DNA of 64,000 bases, from the NCBI GenBank assembly GCA_964618165.1, contig CAZTWW010000001.1:499-64498 (forward strand), written 5' to 3'. The translations under genes and the position numbers were made by a program. Every line of letters begins with the position of its first letter. Within the stretch, counting starts at the first letter, position 1. The notes under the pieces are model-generated. The model was not told the DNA's origin. It saw only the letters and a list, made by a program, of their open reading frames with translations, and did not search any database. Source of the DNA: an uncultured Candidatus Saccharibacteria bacterium. Its GTDB lineage: Bacteria > Patescibacteriota > Minisyncoccia > Phycocordibacterales > UBA918. This document shows, piece after piece, positions 1 through 10,415 of the stretch.

Positions 1-2
1 AT

Positions 3-3000
3 CTTATCCATACTGTCAATGGTGCAAACGAGCTCATACTCTGCGGAGTTGGTGCATGTGGTGATGCGCGACTTAAGATTAAGGCTGGCTCAACGTATCA
101 ACCGCTCACAAACAGTACTATTATTAATCTCCAAAATTACGGTCGACTAGCACTTGGTACTTCGACCTTGCGTGTAGCTGGTGCCTGGCAACAGTTAGGT
201 ACGTTTGTGACTGATACATCAACGGTAGTGTTTACCGCTACGTCTACGCCGTATACGCTCCAAAATGCGACTTCGTCGTTCTTCTTCCATAACGTGACTT
301 TTGGTGAGACGAGTGGTACTGCCACCTGGACTATCGATAAACCACTAAGTATCACTGGTACACTCAGCGTGATGCAGGGAACACTGGCGCGGGGTACTTC
401 AACGATGGCTATTGGTGGAAACCTGACGCTTGGTGCTAATGGTTTTGTGACTGGTATCGCGACGACAACATTTAATGGTACAGGCAGTAATACCTGGTCT
501 GATGCCAAGGCGAGTGCTTCAAGTACAAATGTCGGAAATGTCGTTATTGATGGTACGGCAAAAACCATTACGCTTGCAGGGAACGTGGCCGCTGAGTCAG
601 TTACTATCGGTACAGATGATACGCTTAACGCTTCAGGAAGTGGTTTTAACATTAATGTTGTTCGAGCCTGGACTAATAACAATCTTTTTGTTCCGCAGAC
701 TGGTACTGTTACTTTCATTGGGACTTCAACCGGTGTCATTGCTCGTGGCACCTCACCATTCAATAATCTTACCTTTGCGGGTGTTGGAGGAAATTGGTCA
801 TTTAGTACGTCAACTTTGGCGCTCAATGGTACACTCACAATTGCGACCGGTACGGTCACTCTACCGACTGGTACTACCACCATCGCCGGCTCTTTCCTCA
901 ACACTGGCGGGTCATTCGCACATAATAATGGTGAGGTACGTATGACAAGTGCTGTCGGCGGACGTACAATCACTCAACAGGCAGGTGTATTTACTAATGC
1001 CTTCTACGACTTAGTATTTACTGGCGGTGGTACTTGGAGTTATTCAGAAAGCGCAGCTACGACAACCCGTAATATGCTGATTCAGGCTGGTACAGTTACG
1101 CTCCCAAGTGGTCAGCTCACTGTCGGAGGTGAATTTGCAGTAACGGGTTCAGGCGCCTTTGCGCATAACAACGGTGAATTAGTGCTCCTTGTTACACAAA
1201 CCAACACACTGCGTACGAATGGTTCAGCGCTTAATAATGTTCGCACTCGTGGTGTCGGTTCGGGTTCATGGTACGGCTCAGGATGGGGAAGACGACTATC
1301 AATTACTGTACAAAGTTCGCAGGTACCAACCAACCTCTCTGACTTCCCGGTATACGTCAATCTCGCAAATCTCCCTGTTGAATTCTTTAATGGCGTCAAA
1401 GCTGATGGTGGAGATATTCGCATGACGACAAGTGACGGTGTCACTGAGGTGCCAGTAGAAGTTGTGTCGCTTAATACTGGGGCGAGAACTGGTGAATTGC
1501 ACTTTAGAGCTCCTTCGCTATCATCTACGACAAACTCAGTATTCTATATCTACTACAACAATCCAGCTGCTGCGACCAATACTGCTACTTCTACGTTTGG
1601 TCGCGCGAATGTGTGGAGTAATGGTTATGAGGCGGTGTACCACTTGGATACCAATCCTGCTTCTGCGATGCTTGACAGTACCCGCAATGCACGTAACCTG
1701 ACGCAGCTTGGTGGCATGAACAGCAGTGATGTGGTGGCTGGAGCAGTTGGAAATGGTATTGATTTTGACGGCGTTGATGATCGTCTTACTAACGCTGGCT
1801 TCGCCTGGCCAAATGCCTCTAACACCGTCACTGTGACAGCCTGGAATAATGTGACAGTGGCCGAAACAAAAGCTGCAAACCTCTTTGGATTCAATGAAAG
1901 TGGTGGTCAACGGTTTGCTACGCACGGACCATGGAGTGATTCAGTTTTGTATTGGGACTTTGGTACTGCAGGAGTACCAGGACGCGTGCAGACTGCGTAT
2001 AACTCATATCGCGATAAATGGACTCATGTCGCGCTCACTTCACCCGGTAACGGTGGAGGCAACATGAACATCTACCTCGACGGTGCATTTATTGCTGGCA
2101 GCGCTGCGAGTGATCCAACTGCCACCTTAACCGGATTTTTCCTTGGTAGCTTAGGTGCTGGACAATATCACGACGGTCGTATCGACGAATTCCGTATTGC
2201 CTCAGTTGTTCGCACCGCCGGTTGGATTGCTACTGAAGAGAATAATCAATCAAGCTCAACGGCGTTCTACACCGTGAGTGGAGAGGAGACGCAACGTATT
2301 CGCACGTTTGCTGATACAAATACAACTATCCTCGGCAATGTCGTCCTTGAAAATGGCGGTGATGCTATTTTCCCAAGTGGTGTACTGTCTGTTGGAGGTT
2401 CATTTGATAATAACGCTAACTTCACCTCAAATAATGGAACGGTGCGCTTCAATTCAATCGCTGGTAGTGAAACTATCGCTGCTGGATCATCAACCTTTGC
2501 TACCCTTGAGTTTAATGCGACTAGTGGAGACTTTGCTATTACCGAGCATGCAACAGCGACGGTAGCGGTTAATCTTGTGAATGCAGCAAGCTTTACACTC
2601 AGTAGCGGACTCTCGCTCACAGCGAGTGGCACCTTTACTCAGGTTATGTCTGGTGCAAGTACTACTTGGACTGGTTCGACGCTCCGTATCCTTGGTGCTG
2701 ATCAGACAATTCACGCTAAGACATTTGGTGGCGATGTCTACGGTACACTTGAGACCAACGGTGACACGGATGTGGCGATGTGGAACAGTAGTGCTACGAG
2801 CTATGTGACCGGTAGTACCTCATCTATCTATTCTCAAGATCATGCTGGCGTAGATGGAGACCTTAATATCTATGGTAATTATGTCCGGTCTACCGGTACT
2901 GAACACTGGTCGTGGGAGACTGACTTTGATGGTGTCTCGCTCGGCGTTGGTGCTCGTCAAGTCGATGTTCGTATTGCGACTGGTTCAACTATTGGATTTG

Positions 3001-6000
3001 TAAATGCTTCGTGGTCAATCCAAGGTACAACCTCAGCTACCACGACTGTTGCCAGTATTGCTGGAGCCTTTAGCGTGTCAGCTACTAATACTACCGTGAC
3101 CGGTCGATTCTTCAGCTTTGCCAATACGGATGCAAGTGGACTCCGACTCGTTTCATCAAGTACGGTGAGTGTGCTTGATGACGGTTTCTTCACAGTTGCT
3201 CCTGGTCAGACTGGTATTACGATGGATGGTACGACGGTCGGTACTAATCCAGCCAGACAGTTCAACCGCATTGGCTTTGCCACGACCACAGCCGGGGCTG
3301 CATCAAACGTCACCTTTACTGGTACGTCTACCACATTTGTGTGGTTCAGAAATGGTTCTGGTAATCTTTACGGAGAGGCGTTTGATGCTGGTGACTTGAA
3401 TCCGGGAGCCATTCGATTCGATGATAGTTCGTACCTCATCACGGTTTCTGGTCGTGTGCTTACCAATAATGGAAGTGGGGTACAAGGTGCACCAGTCTGT
3501 AACGGCACTACCCCAAATGTTCGTATTGTGGTTAACAATGGTTCGTTTACTGCTTCAACATCATGTAATGCTACGACGGGTGCGTATACATTTAACAACG
3601 TTGCATTCGTTGGTGATCCTGTGATCTCGGTATACCTCAATACCAATGGTGGCGTGCAGGGGAGTGTGGTGACAAAGACACCAACCGCCAACATCACAAA
3701 CCTCGATCTCTACACGAATCAGGTAATGATGCGACATGAGGGGGTCGTACCAATCGCAATTGCAGATCTTGTACAGTTTAATAATGCCTCTGACACTGAT
3801 ATGGGCTTTGTGGCAACGACGTCTCCAACAACAACACTGACGGTGTCTCCAGCACGTGGTTTGTTCATCTGGGCAAGTAGCACCTTCACGCCGGGTGGTC
3901 CAGTCACGCTCGCGGGTAATGCATCGACCAGTGCCTTTGAAGGATCACTCACGCTTGCTACTTCATCTCGCTTTATTGCTGAAGGCACGCAAACTCATAC
4001 CTTGGCTGGTCGCCTGGTGCTTGGTAGTAATGCCTCTATAACCGCTGCCTCCTCTACCTTTGTCTTTAATGCAACGACTACAGGCAAGAGTATCACCGGT
4101 TCAACAACTATAAACCTCCATAATGCATCCTTTACCGGGGTTGGTGGTGCCTGGAATATTACTGCACCGATTGTATTTACTGGTGACATGACGGTTGCAA
4201 CTGGTACCGTGACTGGTACAAGTAATCTGACCCTCACCAATGGTCAGCTTACCGGTAATGGAACACTTTCACTCGGTGGAGGTACAACTACTATTGCTCG
4301 CACTAATACACTTGGCGGTACGACACCTTGGACATTTGCGAATCTCGTCCTCGGCGATGGTTTAACGGTGGGTACAACCACCCGTGCTGCCAGCGCCACG
4401 ACGACGATTAGTGGACGCTTGACCATAGCAAATGCTCATACCCTCGCTGCTACGAGTGAAGCGTACGACTTTACTGGTACCGGTACGGTATTCCAAGTAA
4501 CTGGCACTTGGCAGCCAGGTTCAAGTCTCGTCCGCTACAGTGGAGCGAATGCTAATGTGCTCGGTACGAGCTACTATGACTTGTCTATCGGTGCGCTGGT
4601 AGGAAGTTCTACATTCACTGGTACAGGCTCTGGTATCCTCGTTGGTCGCAATCTCACCGTTGGTAACGGTACCGCGAGTAGTACCTTTAACGTGACGACA
4701 AGCGACCCAGTCGTAACCGTTCTTGGTGATGTTCTCATACAAAGTTCCTCAACATTGAGTGCGAGTGATATTGCGACCACTACAATTGCCGGTAGCTATG
4801 ACAACAACGGTCGATTCTTCGGTAATGGTGGCTTGGTGACCTTTACGGGTAGTGGATCACATACCATTGCTGCAGGCAGTTCGAGCTTGAGTCGTGTCAT
4901 CGTTGACGGTACTGGCTCGTTTACGCTGCCTGAGTCTGCTACAACAACCGTCAGTCTCATTCTCCAAAATCACAGTCTCTTTACGGTGGCAACCGGCACA
5001 ACACTCGCGGTGGCTGGCACTTTTGAGAACCGCCTTGGTGGTAGTGCCACTGTCTGGTCAGGTGCACTCTTTGCGCATGGTGGAGGCTCACTTACTATCA
5101 ATCAAAAGACTACGAGTGATGTGTACAGTACCTTGCGTGTTGCCAGTACGACTCGCGTGCGTATGTGGAATAGTACGAGTACCGTATATGATGCACAAGG
5201 CGGTATCTACTCACAAGATCATGCGGGTATTGATGGAGCGTTACGTATCTACGGTAACTTTAATGAAACCAGTGCTGCCGATCATTGGAGTTTTGAAACT
5301 GACTTCGATGGTACAACTCTTGGCACTTCTACTCGTCCAGTAACCGTAGCGTTTGCAAGCAATGCAACAGCTACCTGGAGTGGCGGTAGTCTCAGTGTTA
5401 TTGGAAGCACAAGTGCCTCTACAACCTTACAAAATCAAGGTTCCGGTACGTACCGGTTGGTGATTGGTGGCACTGCTACTGTTAACTTCAACCGGGTCGT
5501 TATCCGTGACACTACAGCTGCTGGTATCACCTTCACTGGTACTCCGACCGTGACCGATTTCTCACGTACTGACCATCTCATCAGAATCAATAGTGGTACT
5601 GCATTGACCGTAGGTGGTACGGTTATCAATGCGAACGAAGCGAAAAACTTTACGAATAATGTGTTTGCGCCTGATACCGGTGTCATTGGTGCAACGAACG
5701 TTACTGCTACTGGTACTGCAGTTAGTTCTTGGAGATTTACTAATCATACCGGCTCGATATCAGGTGAAGCATTTGATGTTGATCCAGCGGGTGATCCTGG
5801 ATACATCGTTTGGGATGATTCAGCGGCGCTGATTACCGTCAGTGGTAATGTGTACAGTGATGAGGGTGTTACCGTCTCACCAGTATGTGACGGGGTGACA
5901 AATAATATCGTTCTTCGGGTTGCTGGTTTGACTTCATATAGTACCAGTTGTAACGCGAGTACCGGTGCCTACAGCATCAGTAATGTTGCCTACAGTCCAC

Positions 6001-9000
6001 TTGATAGTCTCGTGGTCTATATTGATGGCGCGACACCAAAGGGTGCTCATGTCACGAAGTCACCAATTTCTTCAATCTCTAATCTCCACATTTACCACAG
6101 TCGAGTGATTGTCCGTCATGAAAATACCGACCCAATAACGATTGCTGATATGGCAGTATGGGATAGTAGTGATGATACAGATATTCCGTTCACTGCCGTA
6201 GATGCTGGTACTGATACATTGACGCTACCAGCTGACCGTAAGCTGATGGTGTGGACCAGTAAGACCTTTGCACCAAATGGTAATGTGACGATTTCTGGTG
6301 GCGGGGCAGGGGATGCGGTTGATGGTTCGTTTGAAGCCCTCGCTAATGCCCGTTTCCGTGGCCAAAACAGTGAGACACATACGATTGCCGGAAGCTTCGT
6401 CTTTGGTGCTGGTGCTGTCTATGAGGCTAATCAAGCAACCACAACATTCACCTCAACGGCCGCCGGACGTACTATTGATGTCAACGAGTCAGCGTTCGGG
6501 AATATCGCATTCACGGGTACTGGTTCATGGTCTATGAGTGATGCCACGCTCACGACACAACGCTCATTTACCCAGTCAGCAGGAACCGTAACGTTCGGTA
6601 GCGGCACGACCACAATCGGCGCGTCGTTCAATGCAACCGGCGGAACATTTACCATGAATGGAAGTGCACTTGTCTTTACGAGTACGAGTACCGGTAATAT
6701 TGTTCGGTTTGATGACTCAACTGTTCCAACCACCACGTTCTCGGGTGCGAGCGGTGCTTGGAGTATGACTGACACGAACGCGACGACAACCGGTAGCTTC
6801 TTTATCACCAACACCGGTGCGGTGACACTACCGAGTGGTAATCTTGGTGTGGGCGGTTCATTTGTGAACGCGAGTGGTACCGTGACGCATAATACGAGTG
6901 ACATCTATTTCACTGGTGCCGGGACACTTAGTTTGCGTGCTAATGGCTCCGACCTGTTTGCGGTTCGGAAGATTGGGGCTGGCACACTAACGATGACTGA
7001 GGGTAGTGTAACGCTCCGCGATGATCTGGCGGTAGCTTCGGGTACACTCATTGCTGCTACTAATACCTTGGCTGTCGGTGGTTCATTTACGGTAACGAAC
7101 GGCTTCTTTAATAATGCGACCGGTACGGTTCTTATGAATGCCACGACTGTTGGTAAGACGATTCAGGCCAGTACCAGTCCGTTCTATAACCTTAACTTCG
7201 GTAGCGCTTCAGGTGGCTGGACTTGGCAGAGTAATGCAACGGTTACGAATAATATGACAATTACCGCTGCAAACACCTTTACGAAAGAGTCTGGTACAAC
7301 CCTTACCGTTGGTGGTGTCTTTACCAATCTTGTTGGTGGTGCGCAAACGACCTGGAGTACTACGACGCTCCGGCTTATCGCCACCGATCCGTACACCATA
7401 AATACCAAGTCTGCTGGTGGTGATGTGTATGCTACCGTTGATATTCCATCGGCCGATATTCGAGTCTGGAATAGTAGCTTCAGTACCACTACAACGGGTC
7501 TCGGTGCATCACTCTATTCACAAGACAATGCAGCGGTTGATGGTCAGTTGGCTATCTATGGTGAGTTTACCGTTGCGACAACTACTGAACACTGGAGCTT
7601 TGCAACTGATTTTGACGGCACTGCCCTCACTGGCCCAAGTCAGCGCGCCGTATCAGTACTTTTCGCCTCAAGTGCTACCACGTCGGTTATCTCCGGTACC
7701 CTCAATGTAATTGGTGGTCCGTCGGCGACAACAACTATTGGCATTATTGGTACTGGTACCCACGCCCTCGCCGTATCAGGAGGTACCTTTAACGCCCAGT
7801 TCTACCGCTTCAATGCCCTTAATGCTACCGGCCTTTCATTCACTGGTTCTCCAACGATTACTACGTTGAGTAACGGTTTCTATCAGCTTGCGGTGAATGG
7901 CGGTACGCTTGTCCGCGTCACCGATACGGCACTTACCGCCAATGCATCAAAGATATTTACGGCAGTAGGATTTAATGCGACGAGTGGCTTGAGTGGTGTA
8001 AACGTAGCCCTCGTGGGTAGTACCAGTAATGCGTGGCGATTTAGTGGCTCGTACGGCACGCTCAGTGGTGAGGCGTTTGACGATGATGGTGTTGATGCCT
8101 GCGGCGCGATTCGCTTTGATAATAGTCTTTGTCTCCTTACCTCACAAACAGCTTTCCGTTGGCGCAGTGATGATGGGCTTGAAGGGGCGCCAAGTAGTGA
8201 ATGGTTTGATGCCTCATTTGACTACCGACAGCGTGTCCGTGTCCAAAACACAACCGGTACATCATTTAGCACAACCACACTGAAGATAGTTGTTCCGTAT
8301 GATAGTGCGATGCAATCGGACTTTGATGATATTCGCTTTACACTCGGCAATGGCTTGACCTTGGCTGATCACTGGCGAGAGCGGTTTACCGCGAGTACCG
8401 AAGCTACATTCTGGGTGGAGGTACCAAGCTTTGCGGCCTCATCTTACACGACTGTGTTTATGTATTACGGTAGTTCAACTGCAAGTTCAGCCAGCAATGC
8501 GAGTGCAAGCTTCGTCTTCGTGGATGACTTTGAAGACAATAACATTACAGAATATTCGGGCGATACTTCATTATTCCAGACTGATACGGCACCGGTATTT
8601 GCTGGTACGTATGCGCTTGAGGCATCAAATAAAACTGGTCGTACGACTGATGGTATTTACCGAACTGGTTCACTCGTCTCTCAGGGTCAAATCGTCCGCT
8701 ATATGCAGTACGTTGATACCACATCAGGTAGTACTGACGAGGGTTGTGTCATGTTTGGTGTTCAGGGTAACCAAAACCAGAATTATGGTGTGTGTCTTGA
8801 ACTCTTTGGAGTTGACCGTATCGCATTATCACGTGACGTTGACGATAATGATGTGTCAGGTACTGTCCTGGCGAGTACCACAGTGTCGTACACTACAGGT
8901 TGGTATGAGGTACAAATAGATTGGCAAACTAATAATCGTATTGATGTCTATCTCTATAATCCTTCAGGCGCATTGGTGGCTACTACCTCGGCCACCGACA

Positions 9001-10406
9001 GTAATTACACGAGCGGTGGTGTTGGGTATACGTTCTGGATCCAGAACGGTGCTTGGGATAGCTACACCGTGCGTGGTCGGGCGCCAGTGACACCGCCTGT
9101 CTTCTTTGGGGCCAAGCAGACGGATGGTGGCGCCACTTGGTTAGCAGCTCAAAATGCATCAGGTAGTGGTCTTCCTGGTTCAACTCGTCGACTCCGTATC
9201 GGTATCGAGAACTCAGGTCTCACGGTAACGGGTCAGACCTACCGTCTCCAGTATGCAGCGAAGGGTAGTGCGCTCACGTGTGAAGCTGTCAGTAGTGGTA
9301 GTTACACAGCGGTGCCAAATCAGGCGTCGTGTGGCTCGTCACCGGTTTGTATGCAGACATCAACGAATGTGACTGATGGTGGAGCGACTACAGACCTATT
9401 ATCTGGCATGAATGGGATGTACAGTGCTGGACAGACAGTTGAGAGTCCATCAAACATGACTGGTGGTATTACTATCAATCAAAATTACTACACCGAACTT
9501 GAATATGTAATTACTGCTACCGTGAATGCTTCTGACGCGTACTGCTTTAGAGTCGTGAACGACACTACACCGCTTGACTTCTATGCTGAAGTAGCAGAGC
9601 TTGGTCTAACCTTCGATCCAACTTTTGGACCAGTTGCCCTTAACAATGGTATGCCGATTGTATTAACTCCTGGAGCAACCACGACCGTGTATGCTACCGG
9701 TACAGTCACAGACTTCAATGGTGTGGCAGATCTCGTGGCGGGTACTTCAACCATCTACCGCAGCGGTGCTGGTGCGGCATGTACACCTGATAACAATAAT
9801 TGTTATGTTTCAACAGTCTCAAATGGTGGTTGTAACTTCACAAATTGTAGTGGTTCAACATGTACGCTTGAATGTCGAGCGGATATCTTCTTCCATGCTG
9901 ATCCAACCGACGACGGGGCGTATGCTGGGGAAGAGTGGCTTGCGTACCTTGAGGTGAATGACGTGAGTGGTGGGTATGACTTCGCGTCAGCGCTTGGAGT
10001 GGAACTACTCACATTGCGAGCCTTGACGGTCGATAATGGGATTAACTACGGTGCGCTTGAGCCAGCTAACAACACTGGTGCTTACAACGCAACGACAACG
10101 ATTGCTAACACTGGTAATGTAGCATTTGACATTGAAGTGGCTGGTACTGACCTCAGTGACGGTAGTTCATCGGTCATTCCTGCTACGGAGCAACGATTTG
10201 CAACTTCAACGTTCAACTATGCAGCCTGTGTCAGTTGTGCATCACTTTCAAGTACAACGCCGGTTGAACTAGCGGTCAACCTCGCAAAGCCAACAGCGCC
10301 TTCACCATTACCAGAAACGCCAATCTATTGGGGTATCGCGGTACCGCTCGGTATACGTAGTGCACCGCACTCTGGTATCAACGTCTTTACTCCAATTTCG
10401 CCGTAA
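3..10406 (+). CDS. Giant cell-surface protein/adhesin (5'-truncated, >3460 aa): beta-rich repeats, DUF2341, LamG-like, second DUF2341, YCFR module, C-terminal WxL-like (class I) module
   Basis: Frame is open from position 3, so the true start lies outside the window. DUF2341-like 'GWGRRLSITV..DGGDIRMT' (~1280-1600) and 'WFDASFDYRQRV..DFDDIRFT' (~8200-8500); LamG-like 'GIDFDGVDD..WTHVALT..GRIDEFRIASVVR'; three ~790-aa macro-repeats. Confidence 0.9.
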   Translation, partial: LIHTVNGANELILCGVGACGDARLKIKAGSTYQPLTNSTIINLQNYGRLALGTSTLRVAGAWQQLGTFVTDTSTVVFTATSTPYTLQNATSSFFFHNVTFGETSGTATWTIDKPLSITGTLSVMQGTLARGTSTMAIGGNLTLGANGFVTGIATTTFNGTGSNTWSDAKASASSTNVGNVVIDGTAKTITLAGNVAAESVTIGTDDTLNASGSGFNINVVRAWTNNNLFVPQTGTVTFIGTSTGVIARGTSPFNNLTFAGVGGNWSFSTSTLALNGTLTIATGTVTLPTGTTTIAGSFLNTGGSFAHNNGEVRMTSAVGGRTITQQAGVFTNAFYDLVFTGGGTWSYSESAATTTRNMLIQAGTVTLPSGQLTVGGEFAVTGSGAFAHNNGELVLLVTQTNTLRTNGSALNNVRTRGVGSGSWYGSGWGRRLSITVQSSQVPTNLSDFPVYVNLANLPVEFFNGVKADGGDIRMTTSDGVTEVPVEVVSLNTGARTGELHFRAPSLSSTTNSVFYIYYNNPAAATNTATSTFGRANVWSNGYEAVYHLDTNPASAMLDSTRNARNLTQLGGMNSSDVVAGAVGNGIDFDGVDDRLTNAGFAWPNASNTVTVTAWNNVTVAETKAANLFGFNESGGQRFATHGPWSDSVLYWDFGTAGVPGRVQTAYNSYRDKWTHVALTSPGNGGGNMNIYLDGAFIAGSAASDPTATLTGFFLGSLGAGQYHDGRIDEFRIASVVRTAGWIATEENNQSSSTAFYTVSGEETQRIRTFADTNTTILGNVVLENGGDAIFPSGVLSVGGSFDNNANFTSNNGTVRFNSIAGSETIAAGSSTFATLEFNATSGDFAITEHATATVAVNLVNAASFTLSSGLSLTASGTFTQVMSGASTTWTGSTLRILGADQTIHAKTFGGDVYGTLETNGDTDVAMWNSSATSYVTGSTSSIYSQDHAGVDGDLNIYGNYVRSTGTEHWSWETDFDGVSLGVGARQVDVRIATGSTIGFVNASWSIQGTTSATTTVASIAGAFSVSATNTTVTGRFFSFANTDASGLRLVSSSTVSVLDDGFFTVAPGQTGITMDGTTVGTNPARQFNRIGFATTTAGAASNVTFTGTSTTFVWFRNGSGNLYGEAFDAGDLNPGAIRFDDSSYLITVSGRVLTNNGSGVQGAPVCNGTTPNVRIVVNNGSFTASTSCNATTGAYTFNNVAFVGDPVISVYLNTNGGVQGSVVTKTPTANITNLDLYTNQVMMRHEGVVPIAIADLVQFNNASDTDMGFVATTSPTTTLTVSPARGLFIWASSTFTPGGPVTLAGNASTSAFEGSLTLATSSRFIAEGTQTHTLAGRLVLGSNASITAASSTFVFNATTTGKSITGSTTINLHNASFTGVGGAWNITAPIVFTGDMTVATGTVTGTSNLTLTNGQLTGNGTLSLGGGTTTIARTNTLGGTTPWTFANLVLGDGLTVGTTTRAASATTTISGRLTIANAHTLAATSEAYDFTGTGTVFQVTGTWQPGSSLVRYSGANANVLGTSYYDLSIGALVGSSTFTGTGSGILVGRNLTVGNGTASSTFNVTTSDPVVTVLGDVLIQSSSTLSASDIATTTIAGSYDNNGRFFGNGGLVTFTGSGSHTIAAGSSSLSRVIVDGTGSFTLPESATTTVSLILQNHSLFTVATGTTLAVAGTFENRLGGSATVWSGALFAHGGGSLTINQKTTSDVYSTLRVASTTRVRMWNSTSTVYDAQGGIYSQDHAGIDGALRIYGNFNETSAADHWSFETDFDGTTLGTSTRPVTVAFASNATATWSGGSLSVIGSTSASTTLQNQGSGTYRLVIGGTATVNFNRVVIRDTTAAGITFTGTPTVTDFSRTDHLIRINSGTALTVGGTVINANEAKNFTNNVFAPDTGVIGATNVTATGTAVSSWRFTNHTGSISGEAFDVDPAGDPGYIVWDDSAALITVSGNVYSDEGVTVSPVCDGVTNNIVLRVAGLTSYSTSCNASTGAYSISNVAYSPLDSLVVYIDGATPKGAHVTKSPISSISNLHIYHSRVIVRHENTDPITIADMAVWDSSDDTDIPFTAVDAGTDTLTLPADRKLMVWTSKTFAPNGNVTISGGGAGDAVDGSFEALANARFRGQNSETHTIAGSFVFGAGAVYEANQATTTFTSTAAGRTIDVNESAFGNIAFTGTGSWSMSDATLTTQRSFTQSAGTVTFGSGTTTIGASFNATGGTFTMNGSALVFTSTSTGNIVRFDDSTVPTTTFSGASGAWSMTDTNATTTGSFFITNTGAVTLPSGNLGVGGSFVNASGTVTHNTSDIYFTGAGTLSLRANGSDLFAVRKIGAGTLTMTEGSVTLRDDLAVASGTLIAATNTLAVGGSFTVTNGFFNNATGTVLMNATTVGKTIQASTSPFYNLNFGSASGGWTWQSNATVTNNMTITAANTFTKESGTTLTVGGVFTNLVGGAQTTWSTTTLRLIATDPYTINTKSAGGDVYATVDIPSADIRVWNSSFSTTTTGLGASLYSQDNAAVDGQLAIYGEFTVATTTEHWSFATDFDGTALTGPSQRAVSVLFASSATTSVISGTLNVIGGPSATTTIGIIGTGTHALAVSGGTFNAQFYRFNALNATGLSFTGSPTITTLSNGFYQLAVNGGTLVRVTDTALTANASKIFTAVGFNATSGLSGVNVALVGSTSNAWRFSGSYGTLSGEAFDDDGVDACGAIRFDNSLCLLTSQTAFRWRSDDGLEGAPSSEWFDASFDYRQRVRVQNTTGTSFSTTTLKIVVPYDSAMQSDFDDIRFTLGNGLTLADHWRERFTASTEATFWVEVPSFAASSYTTVFMYYGSSTASSASNASASFVFVDDFEDNNITEYSGDTSLFQTDTAPVFAGTYALEASNKTGRTTDGIYRTGSLVSQGQIVRYMQYVDTTSGSTDEGCVMFGVQGNQNQNYGVCLELFGVDRIALSRDVDDNDVSGTVLASTTVSYTTGWYEVQIDWQTNNRIDVYLYNPSGALVATTSATDSNYTSGGVGYTFWIQNGAWDSYTVRGRAPVTPPVFFGAKQTDGGATWLAAQNASGSGLPGSTRRLRIGIENSGLTVTGQTYRLQYAAKGSALTCEAVSSGSYTAVPNQASCGSSPVCMQTSTNVTDGGATTDLLSGMNGMYSAGQTVESPSNMTGGITINQNYYTELEYVITATVNASDAYCFRVVNDTTPLDFYAEVAELGLTFDPTFGPVALNNGMPIVLTPGATTTVYATGTVTDFNGVADLVAGTSTIYRSGAGAACTPDNNNCYVSTVSNGGCNFTNCSGSTCTLECRADIFFHADPTDDGAYAGEEWLAYLEVNDVSGGYDFASALGVELLTLRALTVDNGINYGALEPANNTGAYNATTTIANTGNVAFDIEVAGTDLSDGSSSVIPATEQRFATSTFNYAACVSCASLSSTTPVELAVNLAKPTAPSPLPETPIYWGIAVPLGIRSAPHSGINVFTPISP

Positions 10407-10415
10407 GAGAGTGCT

